Source: an uncultured Nitrospinota bacterium
GTDB taxonomy: Bacteria > Tectomicrobia > Entotheonellia > J063 > CAVPRW01
DNA: 64,000 nt
Direction of reading: 5' to 3'
Assembly (NCBI GenBank): GCA_963707985.1
Contig: CAVPRW010000001.1
Location: 51,503-115,502 of the forward strand
The translations under genes and the position numbers were made by a program. This document shows positions 10,003-20,156 of the stretch, piece after piece; the first letter of the stretch is position 1, and every line of letters starts with the position of its first letter. The notes beneath the pieces are model-generated. The model ran no database searches, had not been told where the DNA came from, and saw only the letters and a list, made by a program, of their open reading frames with translations.

Positions 10003-11613
10003 GTGACGTACGACATCATCATCATCGGCGCAGGTTCAGCGGGGGCAGTGCTCGCCACCCGATTATCCGAGGACTCGAAGCAGTCCGTCCTCCTCCTAGA
10101 AGCGGGGCCGGACTACCCTCAATTTGAACATCTCCCGGAAGAGCTCAAGTTCGGCTTTGACACTGGTACAGGCACACCACCCCTGCGAACTCCGGCGGGC
10201 CATCCCATTTCGCTCTTGAGCAGCCCGCATAACTGGCAGTTCGTCGCTAGAGCCACCGCCAAGGCACCGCCGATGCCAGTGCCCAGGGGCAAGGTGACGG
10301 GCGGGTCCAGCGCCATCAATACTTCCGCCTTCTACCGCGGCATCCCGGATGATTTCGACGCCTGGGCCTCTGGCGGCAACGATCAGTGGAGCTTCGACAA
10401 AGTCCTTCCGTACTTCCGGCTGATCGAGACCGACGTTGACTACCATGACGAGTACCACGGAAGCGATGGCCCGATCTTCGTCCACCATGCCAATCGAGAG
10501 CAGTGGCACCCGACCCAATGGGCCTTCTACAATGCCTGTCGGGCCGCGGGCTTTCCCGAGTGTTTGGACCACAACCACCCCGACGCATCAGGTGTCGGGC
10601 CATCCATCTCGAATAATCACCACCGCGTGCGCCTCAGTACCGCCCTGGGCTACCTGTGCCAGTGCCGGCACCGCCTCAACCTGACGATCCGCCCCAACTG
10701 TCTGGTCCACCGTATCGTGTTTGACGGCAATCGAGCAGTGGCGGTGGCGGCGAACAGCGGCGGTGAGATATTCACCATCCAAGGTGAGCACATCATCCTG
10801 AGCGCTGGTGCCGTGGGTTCCCCCCATCTCCTCATGCTCTCGGGCGTGGGGCCGGGCGAACAGCTCAGGGGCCATGGCATCCCAGTGGTACAGGATATGC
10901 CCGGCGTGGGGCAGCACCTCAGGGACCATCCCAAGGTCTATCTCACGTGGGATATCAAAGACGGCTACCCGGTGGAGGAGCGGCCAGCCCGCGGTGGTGC
11001 AGTGTTGCGCTTCACCGCCCCAGGCTCGGATTGGCGCAACGATGTGAGCATCAATATGGGTACGTTTGTCACCGAACGTCTTCCATGGTCAGCTATTCAG
11101 GAGCTGGCCCAGGGCGAAAAGCGCCCAACCCACCGGCGGACTGAGATGATGGTCGCCCTGCTGTCCCCCGTGGGATCAGGTGAACTCAGGCTGACATCGC
11201 GCGATGCACACATCCAACCCTTTCTGGACTATAATTATTTGGCAGACCCCGTCGACCGGCAACGCTTGCGAGCCGGCGTGCGGCAAGCCCTCATCCTGGC
11301 GGGGGACGACCACCTGAAGGAGATCATCGGGCCGAGGCTCAACCCGACCGATGCCGACCTGGCCTCTGACGCCACGTTGGACGAATGGTTGCAGCGCGAG
11401 GTCACGACGTATTCGCACATCTCAGGTACGTGCAAGATGGGGCCAGATTCGGATGCCATGGCCGTGGTGGATCAAGCCGGCAAGGTCCATGGCTTGGAGG
11501 GGTTGCGCGTGGTCGACGCCTCGATCATGCCCACCCTGGTGCGGGCGCCGATCAATCCGACTGTGTTGATGATGGGCGAACGAATCGCTGCGCTTATGCG
11601 CCAGGGCGAGTAG
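10003..11613 (+). CDS. GMC family oxidoreductase (choline dehydrogenase/MftG-like)
   Basis: IIGAGSAG FAD motif, LLEAG, PRGKVTGGSSAIN, LMLSGVG, HISGTCKMG, LRVVDASIMP; AGGAGG RBS. Confidence 0.92.
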   Translation: MTYDIIIIGAGSAGAVLATRLSEDSKQSVLLLEAGPDYPQFEHLPEELKFGFDTGTGTPPLRTPAGHPISLLSSPHNWQFVARATAKAPPMPVPRGKVTGGSSAINTSAFYRGIPDDFDAWASGGNDQWSFDKVLPYFRLIETDVDYHDEYHGSDGPIFVHHANREQWHPTQWAFYNACRAAGFPECLDHNHPDASGVGPSISNNHHRVRLSTALGYLCQCRHRLNLTIRPNCLVHRIVFDGNRAVAVAANSGGEIFTIQGEHIILSAGAVGSPHLLMLSGVGPGEQLRGHGIPVVQDMPGVGQHLRDHPKVYLTWDIKDGYPVEERPARGGAVLRFTAPGSDWRNDVSINMGTFVTERLPWSAIQELAQGEKRPTHRRTEMMVALLSPVGSGELRLTSRDAHIQPFLDYNYLADPVDRQRLRAGVRQALILAGDDHLKEIIGPRLNPTDADLASDATLDEWLQREVTTYSHISGTCKMGPDSDAMAVVDQAGKVHGLEGLRVVDASIMPTLVRAPINPTVLMMGERIAALMRQGE

Positions 11614-11743
11614 GATGCGGCCGCAGAATCGCGCCCGTCCAAACGATGCTACCCATCTCTGCTCCCACTAGAGTACAATAAGGCTCGTCTTGGTTGATAA
11701 ACCCGGTCAACGGTATACAAACTCGGTGACAGGAGGTGACGCG

Positions 11744-12241
11744 ATGTCCAGAGTGGCCTTGATCCAACACATCAATATCCAGGTCAGCAATCGCGAGCGC
11801 ACCCGAAAGTGGTACGAAGAGGTGCTAGGGGCGGAGTTTTTGGACCGTGGTCCGGAACTCAACAAACGACAGCTGCAGTTGCGGATTGGCAGCGCCGAGA
11901 TTCACACGACCGATACCGCAGACCCGGTGCGGGTGCCCTCAGTCCATTTCGCGGTGGAAATTCCTGACTGGGATGAGATGATCGCCAATCTAGATAAGCT
12001 AGGTGTGCCATATAGCACGAGGACGCGCAGCGAGCCCGCGGTAAGCGGCTCCAACTATGGACGACGCGAGTATAGCGGCGGTTACTCGACCTACATTCAG
12101 GATCCTGATGGCAACACGATCGAGCTCGTGCATCATCCGTTGGGGGTGGAGGACTCCCAGGGGAACAAGGTCGAGCTACCCCATGACCCCAAAAGCCTGA
12201 AATGGAGTTTGCGTCCCGGTTTCGGTCCTGCTGCTAGCTGA
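11744..12241 (+). CDS. VOC/glyoxalase family protein
   Basis: 'HINIQVS..WYEEVLG', 'HFAVEI', 'YIQDPDGNTIEL'; AGGAGG RBS. Confidence 0.88.
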   Translation: MSRVALIQHINIQVSNRERTRKWYEEVLGAEFLDRGPELNKRQLQLRIGSAEIHTTDTADPVRVPSVHFAVEIPDWDEMIANLDKLGVPYSTRTRSEPAVSGSNYGRREYSGGYSTYIQDPDGNTIELVHHPLGVEDSQGNKVELPHDPKSLKWSLRPGFGPAAS

Positions 12242-12256
12242 TGGCGACTATTAACG

Positions 12257-12293
12257 GCGGTGAGCCACGTGTCAGGAGTGTGTGGTTCACCGC
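12257..12293. terminator. Hairpin between convergent genes (possible terminator)
   Basis: GCGGTGAGCCAC...GTGGTTCACCGC stem; no U-tract. Confidence 0.4.
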
Positions 12294-12316
12294 GCTGACA
12301 CACTGGCCAGACACGG

Positions 12317-14218
12317 TCAATTGTCAGCCGCTGGAGTCTCGACTGATACACCATGCTCCTCAGTCGATACCTCGTCGTCCTGGCTCAGCCCATAGTTAAG
12401 CGCATACAAGCGCGCGTATAGGCCCTTGCGCTCTAGGAGCTCAGCGTGCTTGCCGATTTCCACCACGCGTCCATGCTGCAAGACGACGATGACGTCGGCA
12501 TTGCGGATGGTGGAGAGGCGATGCGCGATCACGATGGAGGTGCGACCCTCCAGGAGGTACTTCAGGGCATTCTGAATGAGGATCTCGGTGTGCGTGTCGA
12601 TGTTGGCCGTGGCCTCGTCCAGGATGAGGATGCGAGGATTGCTGACGATGGCGCGGGCGAAGCTGATGAGTTGCCGCTGTCCTACACTTAAATTGACCCC
12701 GCGTTCGGCGAGCGTCGTGTCGTAGCCCTGATTCAGGGCCATGATGAAGTCGTGGGCCCCGACCGCCTGGGCTGCGGCCTCAACATCCGCATCACTGGCG
12801 GCGGTATGCGCATAGCGGATATTCTCTTTGATGGTCCCAGAGAACAAATAGGGCTCCTGCAGGACCATACTCATCTGGCGCACCAGCGACTGGCGTCGTA
12901 CCTGCCGGATATCGAAACCGTCGATTTTAATGCAGCCTTGGGTCACATCGGCGAAGCGGTGGATCAAGGTGGCAAGCGTGCTCTTGCCTGCCCCCGTGGC
13001 ACCAACCAGGGCCACAGTTTCCCCGGGTGTGATGTGCAAGTCGATGTCTTGCAGCACGTCGATGCCTGGGACATAGTGAAAGGAGACGTGTTCGAAGCGG
13101 ATCTCGCCCCGGATCGTTGGCATCTCAACCGCATCGGGTGCGTCCTGGACCTCAGGACGGACATCGAGCAACTCGAAGATCCGCACCCCCGCCGCCATCG
13201 CCCGTTGCATCTGGCTGTATTGCATGGTCAGCTGCCGGATAGGCTCGAAAAAGCGTTGGACCCACAGCGCAAAGGCGATCAACACACCCCACTCGATCTG
13301 GCCTCTCTGCAGCAATACGCCTCCCACCAGCACGACGCCAACCCCCATGCCAATGCCGGTCAAACATTCGACGATCGGCTGCAGAGATCCAGAGAAACGG
13401 GCCGCCTCAAGATTAGCGTCGAGGAATTCCTGATTCAGCCCGTTGAAGTGCTTGAGATTCTCTTGCTGGCGGTTCAGACTTTGCACGACCCTCACGCCAG
13501 TGATGTTTTGATTGTACTCGCCGTTGACCATGGCAATGGCGCGCCGGATACGCATGAACGAATGGCGGGCAAAGCGCTGCCAATAGGCCAGGACGAAGGC
13601 CAGTGGCGGGATGATCCCCATGTTGACCAGCGCGAGTTGCCAGTCTGTGAGCAGCATGGCGACGATGATCCCTCCCAGACTGAGGAGGTCTGCCAGGGTG
13701 GTGACCAACAGCTCAAAGGTTTCTTGCAGCTGCATGACATCGCTCTGACTACGCGACATGATGCGTCCGACCGAGGTACGATGAAAGAACGCCGGGGACA
13801 GGGATTGAAGATGGTTGAACAACTGGGTGCGCAGGCTATACAGGACACCCTGTCCGACTCTGGCAATGGCGACTAGCTGAAGGTAATTGGCCCCGAAGTG
13901 GATGAAGGTGACGCCGAAAAAAATCAACCCCACAACATGCAAGCGCCTGAGATCGCCACTGTTGATCCCCCAGTTGATCCCATACATGATCACCAGGGGA
14001 ATGCCCACATTGGCCGCGGTATACACCAGCATGGCAACCAGGGTGATCAGGGCGTCTCGTCGATAGGGGACCAGATAGGTCAGCAGACGCATGACCACAC
14101 GATTGTCATAGACCTTGCCGATGACTGCGTCGTCGCTCAGATTGTCGCGGTTGGGAGCAAACATGCTTCCCGCATTGGTACCGCGCCAACCGCTCAAGAT
14201 GTCCCCACCGCCTTCCAT
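12317..14218 (-). CDS. ABC exporter TMD-NBD subunit 2 (heterodimeric, MdlB/TM288-like)
   Basis: Six-TM domain plus GATGAGKST, LSVGQRQL (variant signature), ILILDEAT, IAHRLST. Confidence 0.93.
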   Translation of the reverse strand: MEGGGDILSGWRGTNAGSMFAPNRDNLSDDAVIGKVYDNRVVMRLLTYLVPYRRDALITLVAMLVYTAANVGIPLVIMYGINWGINSGDLRRLHVVGLIFFGVTFIHFGANYLQLVAIARVGQGVLYSLRTQLFNHLQSLSPAFFHRTSVGRIMSRSQSDVMQLQETFELLVTTLADLLSLGGIIVAMLLTDWQLALVNMGIIPPLAFVLAYWQRFARHSFMRIRRAIAMVNGEYNQNITGVRVVQSLNRQQENLKHFNGLNQEFLDANLEAARFSGSLQPIVECLTGIGMGVGVVLVGGVLLQRGQIEWGVLIAFALWVQRFFEPIRQLTMQYSQMQRAMAAGVRIFELLDVRPEVQDAPDAVEMPTIRGEIRFEHVSFHYVPGIDVLQDIDLHITPGETVALVGATGAGKSTLATLIHRFADVTQGCIKIDGFDIRQVRRQSLVRQMSMVLQEPYLFSGTIKENIRYAHTAASDADVEAAAQAVGAHDFIMALNQGYDTTLAERGVNLSVGQRQLISFARAIVSNPRILILDEATANIDTHTEILIQNALKYLLEGRTSIVIAHRLSTIRNADVIVVLQHGRVVEIGKHAELLERKGLYARLYALNYGLSQDDEVSTEEHGVSVETPAADN

Positions 14219-14223
14219 CTATG

Positions 14224-16026
14224 TCAACCCTCCACACCTCCGGATCTGGCACCATCCAGCAAGATTTCCTCCTGCGGACGCAGCTGCAACTCGTAAATGT
14301 CCCGATACAGGCTGCGTTGGACCATCAGATCGTCGTGAGTTCCCTCCTCGACGATCTCACCATCCTGGAGCACCAAGATGAGGTCAGCTCGCCGCACAGT
14401 GCTCAACCGATGCGCAATAACAAAGGTCGTGCGCCCTTCCATGACCGCGATCATCGCCTGATGGATGCGCCGTTCCGTCTCCACATCAACGCTGGACGTG
14501 GAGTCGTCGAGGATCAGAATCGGTGGGTCCAGTAGGATCGTGCGGGCGATGGACAGGCGCTGTCGTTGCCCTCCCGAGAGTGTAGAGCCGCGCTCACCAA
14601 CCCACGTGTCGTACCCTTTCGGAAGACGCATAATCTGGTCATGGAGCTGGGCGATTTTGGCTGCCCTGACCACGTCCTGAAAAGACGCGTGGATTGCCCC
14701 ATAGGCAATGTTGTCTCGAATAGTGGCACTGAAGAGGTAGACGTCCTGTTGTACGATCCCGACATTACGCCGTAAGGATTGGAGTGTGAAGTTCCTGATA
14801 TCCTCGCCATCAATGGTAATCTGCCCCGTCGTAACATCATAAAAGCGGGGGATAAGATTGACGATGGTGCTCTTCCCGCTTCCCGGTGCCCCCAGGATGG
14901 CGGTAATTTGGCCTGGGGTGGCGTCAATGGTAATCTGCCTCAGGGCTGGGATACGGGCGTCGTAGGCGAACGAGACGTGCTCAAAGTGCACATGTCCTCG
15001 CGCCCTTCCCATCGCTTTGGCATCGGGTTTTTCAGCCACGGGAGAGCTAGCATCCAGCACCTCAAACAGGCGCTCCCCGGAGGAGATCGCGCGCGAAATA
15101 CTATCAATGACGCGTGCGGCTGCACGGATGGGGAAGGCAAGCTGGTTCATGTACAGGATGAACTGGGTGAGGCCCCCGGCTGTTAGCTGTCCATGCATCA
15201 CCTCCCAGCCGCCAAACCACAGGATCGCGCCCAGCGTACAGGTGTAATAGAGGGTCATCCAGGCGCCATTGATCTCCTGCAAGCGCTCCGACCGGAAATA
15301 GTGCTCCCGCAGCTCTTGTGCTTTACGGGCGTACTTCCGTTGCTCATGTTCCTCGGCAGCGAAGGCCTTGACCACATGCATGCCGACCAGATTCTCTTGC
15401 AAAATGGTCACTGACTCTCCCATGATTTCCTGGACCCGCAGCCACATGGGACGCAATTTTCGCAACACCAGAGTCGATTGCAGGACAGAGAACGGGGCGA
15501 ACGCGAGGCTGATCAGCGCCAGCTTCCAATTCAAGAAGGCTAAAATGCTGCTGATCGCCACTAGCCGGATCGCCACATCCAGAGATCGGACCATACCAAG
15601 GCTCACGAACCGGCGGACTTGCTCCACATCGGCAGTTGCCTTAGACATGAGGTTACCTGTATGTTCCGTATCGTGGAAAGCAAAGCTCAGATGCTGCAGC
15701 TTGTCATACAGGAGCGTGCGCAGATCGTAGGACACCTTGTGGGACAACGAGTCAGAAGTATACATCCGAGCAAAGTCAAAAACCCCCCGCAGGAGGCTCG
15801 CTCCCAGGAGTGCCGACGCCATCAAGACGAGTGTCCAGGTATCCACCTGCAAGGGGATGACACGCCCATCGGCCGGATCAAATCTGACTAGCCGATCAAC
15901 CGAACTGCCGAAGAGGCGTGGGATCAGGAGGGCAAAGCCGATCGCGGCGAAGAAGCTGAGATAGGCGAGGATGAGGCGCACACGATAGCGCCAGGCCATT
16001 TTGATGATTCTGAGTAAAATCTGCAT
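14224..16026 (-). CDS. ABC exporter TMD-NBD subunit 1 (heterodimeric, MdlA/TM287-like)
   Basis: TM domain plus GAPGSGKST, LSGGQRQR, ILILDDST (Walker B E-to-D), IAHRLST. Confidence 0.93.
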   Translation of the reverse strand: MQILLRIIKMAWRYRVRLILAYLSFFAAIGFALLIPRLFGSSVDRLVRFDPADGRVIPLQVDTWTLVLMASALLGASLLRGVFDFARMYTSDSLSHKVSYDLRTLLYDKLQHLSFAFHDTEHTGNLMSKATADVEQVRRFVSLGMVRSLDVAIRLVAISSILAFLNWKLALISLAFAPFSVLQSTLVLRKLRPMWLRVQEIMGESVTILQENLVGMHVVKAFAAEEHEQRKYARKAQELREHYFRSERLQEINGAWMTLYYTCTLGAILWFGGWEVMHGQLTAGGLTQFILYMNQLAFPIRAAARVIDSISRAISSGERLFEVLDASSPVAEKPDAKAMGRARGHVHFEHVSFAYDARIPALRQITIDATPGQITAILGAPGSGKSTIVNLIPRFYDVTTGQITIDGEDIRNFTLQSLRRNVGIVQQDVYLFSATIRDNIAYGAIHASFQDVVRAAKIAQLHDQIMRLPKGYDTWVGERGSTLSGGQRQRLSIARTILLDPPILILDDSTSSVDVETERRIHQAMIAVMEGRTTFVIAHRLSTVRRADLILVLQDGEIVEEGTHDDLMVQRSLYRDIYELQLRPQEEILLDGARSGGVEG

Positions 16027-16449
16027 CGCGCCCGATGAATCCTCCTATACCAGTACCGCACAAACAAGGACACGCCGTCAAGCGCTACAAGGATCAAGGC
16101 TTCTGGCGGACCAGATCAGGGGCCACAATCCACAAGTGCACTCTAGCTCAGACAAGTCTCACGGTCAAGCGTCTCACGGTCGTGCGGATACACAGGCCCC
16201 AGAGGCATATCCACGGAATTGGCTTTGCGTTTTAGAGATCTCAATGCCAATATGTGATTTGCTCAAAGGCTCGACTCTCGAATTGCAGAGCACATCACGT
16301 GCTTATACTCCAGGAGGACTCGCAATGCAATATATGGTGTCGTCGTTTCCCCAAACAGCATTGCGGAACGGTCCACAAGACAACACGCATAATGCCTAGA
16401 CCGCTGAGAGCCTAGTCGTGACGGCATACGTATGAGGGGAGGGGAAGGC

Positions 16450-17622
16450 ATGGGGCATGCCATACCACAACACGACGTGGTTGCTACGGCACGTATGCTG
16501 GTGCCACACATCCGCGCCAAATGCGACGAGTTGGAGACGGCACGCCGTGTGCCACCGTCGCTCGTTCAGGAAATTGCTGAGGCGGGATTATTACAACTCC
16601 ACTTCCCGCGCTCGATGGGTGGCTTGGAACTGCCACCGTTGACGTCCTTCCGCGTCATTGAGGAATTCTCCAGGGTTGATGGCTCCGTTGGCTGGTGTAC
16701 GATGATTGCCAATGCCGCCAGCTTTTTTGTCGGCCGGCTGTGCCCCGAAGTTGGCAGAGCACTTTTTGGCCAGCCCCCAGATGTCCGTATCGCAGGCTCT
16801 CTACGCCCCGAAGGTAAGGCTTATGTGGTCGACGGTGGCTATCGGGTGCAGGGTCGCTGGGATTTCGCCAGCGGCATCGATCACGCGCGCTGGCTGCTGT
16901 GCACGTGTACGGTCATGGACGGAGATAACCCACGGCTGGCTCCCGACGGAACACCTGTGCTGCGGCATCTGCTGCTACCAGCAGCAGATGCTACCATCGA
17001 AGACACCTGGTCGGTGGTTGGCATGTGCGGCACTGGCAGCCACGACTTCATTGTGGATAACGTCTTTGTTCCGACACCGCACACGTTCTCCTTTACCGAA
17101 CCGCCAGGAGAGGTCGGGCCGCTCTACCATCCACGCCTCCTATTGGTTGTCGCCTGGACAGACACCGTGGGAAATGCTCTGGGTATGGCGCGTGGCGCGA
17201 TTGAGGCCTTCATCGAGTTGGCGTCCTATCACGGGTCAACAAGTGCACCCACACTCCTACGCGACCGTCCCCTCGTCCAGGCCCGCTTGGCCGAGGCCGA
17301 AGCCATTCTCAGTGCAGCCCGCGCCTATGTCATCGATACTGTTGGAACTGCCTGGGAAGCGGTCTGCAATGGGGTACCGGATCCAGGACTCGAGATCGCT
17401 CAAGCCAGGCTCGCCATTACCCACGGCATGCACGAAGCGGTACGCGCAGTGGACCTAGTCTTCCATGCTGCCGGCACCAATGCCCTCTACCGGAAGTACC
17501 CGCTGGAACGCTATTTTCGGGATATCCATGCGGCAGTACAGCACGCCGCTGGACTCCCCAGCCATTACGAATCCGCTGGCCAAGTGTTGTTGGGGCTTCG
17601 GCCGAATGGTGTGGGCTGGTAA
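16450..17622 (+). CDS. Acyl-CoA dehydrogenase-fold flavin-dependent monooxygenase (HsaA-like)
   Basis: 'DGSVGWC', 'GRWDFASG', 'DTWSVVGMCGTGSHD', 'LERYFRDIHAAVQH'. Confidence 0.88.
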   Translation: MGHAIPQHDVVATARMLVPHIRAKCDELETARRVPPSLVQEIAEAGLLQLHFPRSMGGLELPPLTSFRVIEEFSRVDGSVGWCTMIANAASFFVGRLCPEVGRALFGQPPDVRIAGSLRPEGKAYVVDGGYRVQGRWDFASGIDHARWLLCTCTVMDGDNPRLAPDGTPVLRHLLLPAADATIEDTWSVVGMCGTGSHDFIVDNVFVPTPHTFSFTEPPGEVGPLYHPRLLLVVAWTDTVGNALGMARGAIEAFIELASYHGSTSAPTLLRDRPLVQARLAEAEAILSAARAYVIDTVGTAWEAVCNGVPDPGLEIAQARLAITHGMHEAVRAVDLVFHAAGTNALYRKYPLERYFRDIHAAVQHAAGLPSHYESAGQVLLGLRPNGVGW

Positions 17623-17925
17623 GGAGATACTCCCCTTTCTGCCACCGGACCGGGCACGCAGCGGGTCCGCTGTCACCGCCAAAGCCGCTGGCCAATGCTT
17701 CGAGTGGGGTTTCCGCGGCGTATAATCCGGAGACTGGTGCTGCGTCGCTGCGTCTGCTTGAGAGGGGATGGCTCCCACAAGTACAGCATATCTTTCGCCC
17801 AGTATCAAGATGCCAACCAGTGAGCCAGCAATTCTCATGTTGATTTTTGACGATCCGGAGTTGCCGACGGTCAGCTATGGATGCTACGATGTCAGCCTTT
17901 TCCCCCAAGTAGAGGAGGAGGCCAT

Positions 17926-18318
17926 ATGACTGAAGCGCTGGCTTTTGATGCGTTGGTGCAGGCACTCCACCAACAGTTGGCCATGCTGCCGGATTACTGG
18001 ACGGGGAAGAATACCCAGTACACGATCAAAGATGCCGCGCTGGGGGCATTTGCCGTCTTCTTTACCCAATCGCCTTCTTTTCTGGCCTCTCAGCGGACGA
18101 TGCAGCAGGCCAAAGGGCGGAGCCACGCGGAGAGTCTCTTCGGCATGGCAGCCATGCCCTGTGACAATCAGATCCGTCGTCTACTGGACCCAGTGGCCCC
18201 GGCGCAGCTGTTTCCGGTGTTCGAGGAGGTCTATGCGGCTCTGGAAGGCGCGGGGCACGTGTCCGCGTTTCGCTCCTTCGCGGGCCAGCTGCTGATTGCC
18301 TTGGACGGCACGGAATAG
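17926..18318 (+). pseudogene. ISNCY-type transposase 5' fragment, truncated by IS insertion
   Basis: 'LPDY.TGKNTQYTIKDAALGAFAVFFTQSPSFL..QR', 'PCDNQIRRLLD', 'LLIALDGTE'; GGAGGAGG RBS. Confidence 0.8.
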
Positions 18319-19339
18319 ACACTCTCAAGGGTTTATAGTGTAGCATCTCCCAAAGACAACTCAGCGAGGGAGGGAGGTGCCTATGCCACGTGATGAAGAG
18401 GTCGCCCAGCGTGCCGGCAGCTGAGGATCGCTGAGCGGGCTCATGGAAGCCGAATTGCAAGCCTTGCGACCGCATTTTGAGGAGGCTTTTGTGACCTCTA
18501 TGCAGGACCGCACGGTTGCTGGGCCACCGCGCACGAGTCGCCGGGACACGACCTAGGGCACCTGTCCGCGACCCACGATCGCGGACCAACCGCTCTTCAT
18601 GCTGACCTACGTGAAACAGCATCCCATGCAAGCGGTGCCAGGACAGCTCTGTGGGATGTCGCCAGCGAAGGCGAATACGTGGATTCACCTCCGACATGCC
18701 ATCTTGACTCGAGCCTGAGCACATCAAGATGTGCTGCCAGCTCGCCACGCTGACGATTGAGCGGTGTTGCTGGCGGCTCAACGGACTGAGGATGTCCCGG
18801 CGTCCCCCCTGTTTGGCATGATGGCACGGAGCGACCGATCCACCGCCCCACCGATCCCGACGACCAGCAGGACTATGACAGCGGCCAGAAGACGTGCCAC
18901 ACGATCAAGCACCTCCTCGTGAGCGATGAACCCTGTCACATGGGCTTCGTGAGTGCCACGGATGCAGGAAAGGCGAAGGCTCAAAGCCTGGCTGAGCTGG
19001 AGGGCGATCCCCTGCCACACGGCAGGTGCCTCGACCAGGATATGGGCTTCCAGGGCGTTATACTCCACGGTGTCACCATCGTCCAACCGCCGAAAAACCC
19101 TCCTGGGGGGGAACTCACCCCACCTGAGCAAGCGACCAATCGTACGATCGCGTCGCTCAGCATTGGTATTGAACACGCCATTGGCGGTGTGAAGCGCTAT
19201 CGGATGGTCAAAGATCAGATACGCCTCGTGAAGGATGGCATTCGCGACACCGTCATGGAGACATGTTGTGGGCTGCATCACTTTCGCCTACAGTATAGAC
19301 CTTGGCACGATGCCTCATAACAAATATTGAAAGTGTCTA
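18316..19339 (+). mobile_element. IS5-family (ISL2-like, DDE_Tnp_4) element with degraded transposase
   Basis: Terminal inverted repeats TAGACACTCTCAA (18316-18328) / TTGAAAGTGTCTA (19327-19339). Fragments 'DGTERPIHRP', 'QDMGFQG', 'IEHAIGGVKRYR', 'CCGLHHFRL'. Confidence 0.85.
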
Positions 19340-19532
19340 TTAGATGTTCCATACCAGCTTACCTCCGTAGATTGGTTCCTCATATCCGCACGACAATTTG
19401 GGACAGAGCCATATAGCCCTGGCGTATCTTCATCCGTGGTAGTGATTCTAGTCATGATGGCTGCTGGAGAATTCACAAAGGAATTCGCCAGCAGCCTCAC
19501 TACTCATGCCATGTGACGTTGGAGTGCAGTTG

Positions 19533-19925
19533 TTAATCTCCTGCGACCGTGAAGCGCCGCTCACAGTTGATATATTTGACTGCGCATCCGAGAGCTCTTC
19601 CCGATCTAACCGGCCCACTCATGCAAGCCTGCAGCTCGAAATCGCACCCATCCGGACAATCTGATAAAAAACGCGAGTTGGAGACTTGAGTGAGCATAGC
19701 GTTCCCCAATTGCAGTACTACAGCAATGGCCTGGACGCAAGCGGCACTATCCTCGGCTATCTGTGGATTGATAATCATGTTTCCCTCGTCAGGGAACCGC
19801 GAATGCACGGGTTCAATCAATACCACACCGATTATGCCTGCAAACACTACAGCAACCATCAATGCTGGCGTCCAGCGAAAAATTCTGCAGATACGCGTAT
19901 GAACTTGCCGAGTCTCTGTTATCAT
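19533..19925 (-). CDS. Hypothetical exported protein with Cys-rich C-terminus
   Basis: AAGGAG RBS; hydrophobic signal/TM segment; C-x3-C-x6-C...C-x6-C near the C-terminus. Confidence 0.55.
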   Translation of the reverse strand: MITETRQVHTRICRIFRWTPALMVAVVFAGIIGVVLIEPVHSRFPDEGNMIINPQIAEDSAACVQAIAVVLQLGNAMLTQVSNSRFLSDCPDGCDFELQACMSGPVRSGRALGCAVKYINCERRFTVAGD

Positions 19926-20156
19926 TACCTCACTCTCCTTTTTTCACCGTGGGAGCCTTATAGAGCCAGCTGTAGGCAGCTCTATCCCAGCGCCACGCCT
20001 CCACTGAACGGGGCCATGACACCTGTTCTTATTAACACCCCTTCCACGAGTATCGCTCTCACCTCCTTTCCTTTCTGAGTCACGCTTAAGCATATGTTTT
20101 CAGATCGTCTTTCTGCCCTTAGTTGTAGGGCCTCGAATTCTGTGCGTGGAAGTGGC

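Noticed and set aside
16156..16181. 11-bp tandem direct repeat GTCTCACGGTC x2 in a divergent promoter region
   Set aside because: Only two copies; could be a small duplication or a regulator site, but nothing supports a call.
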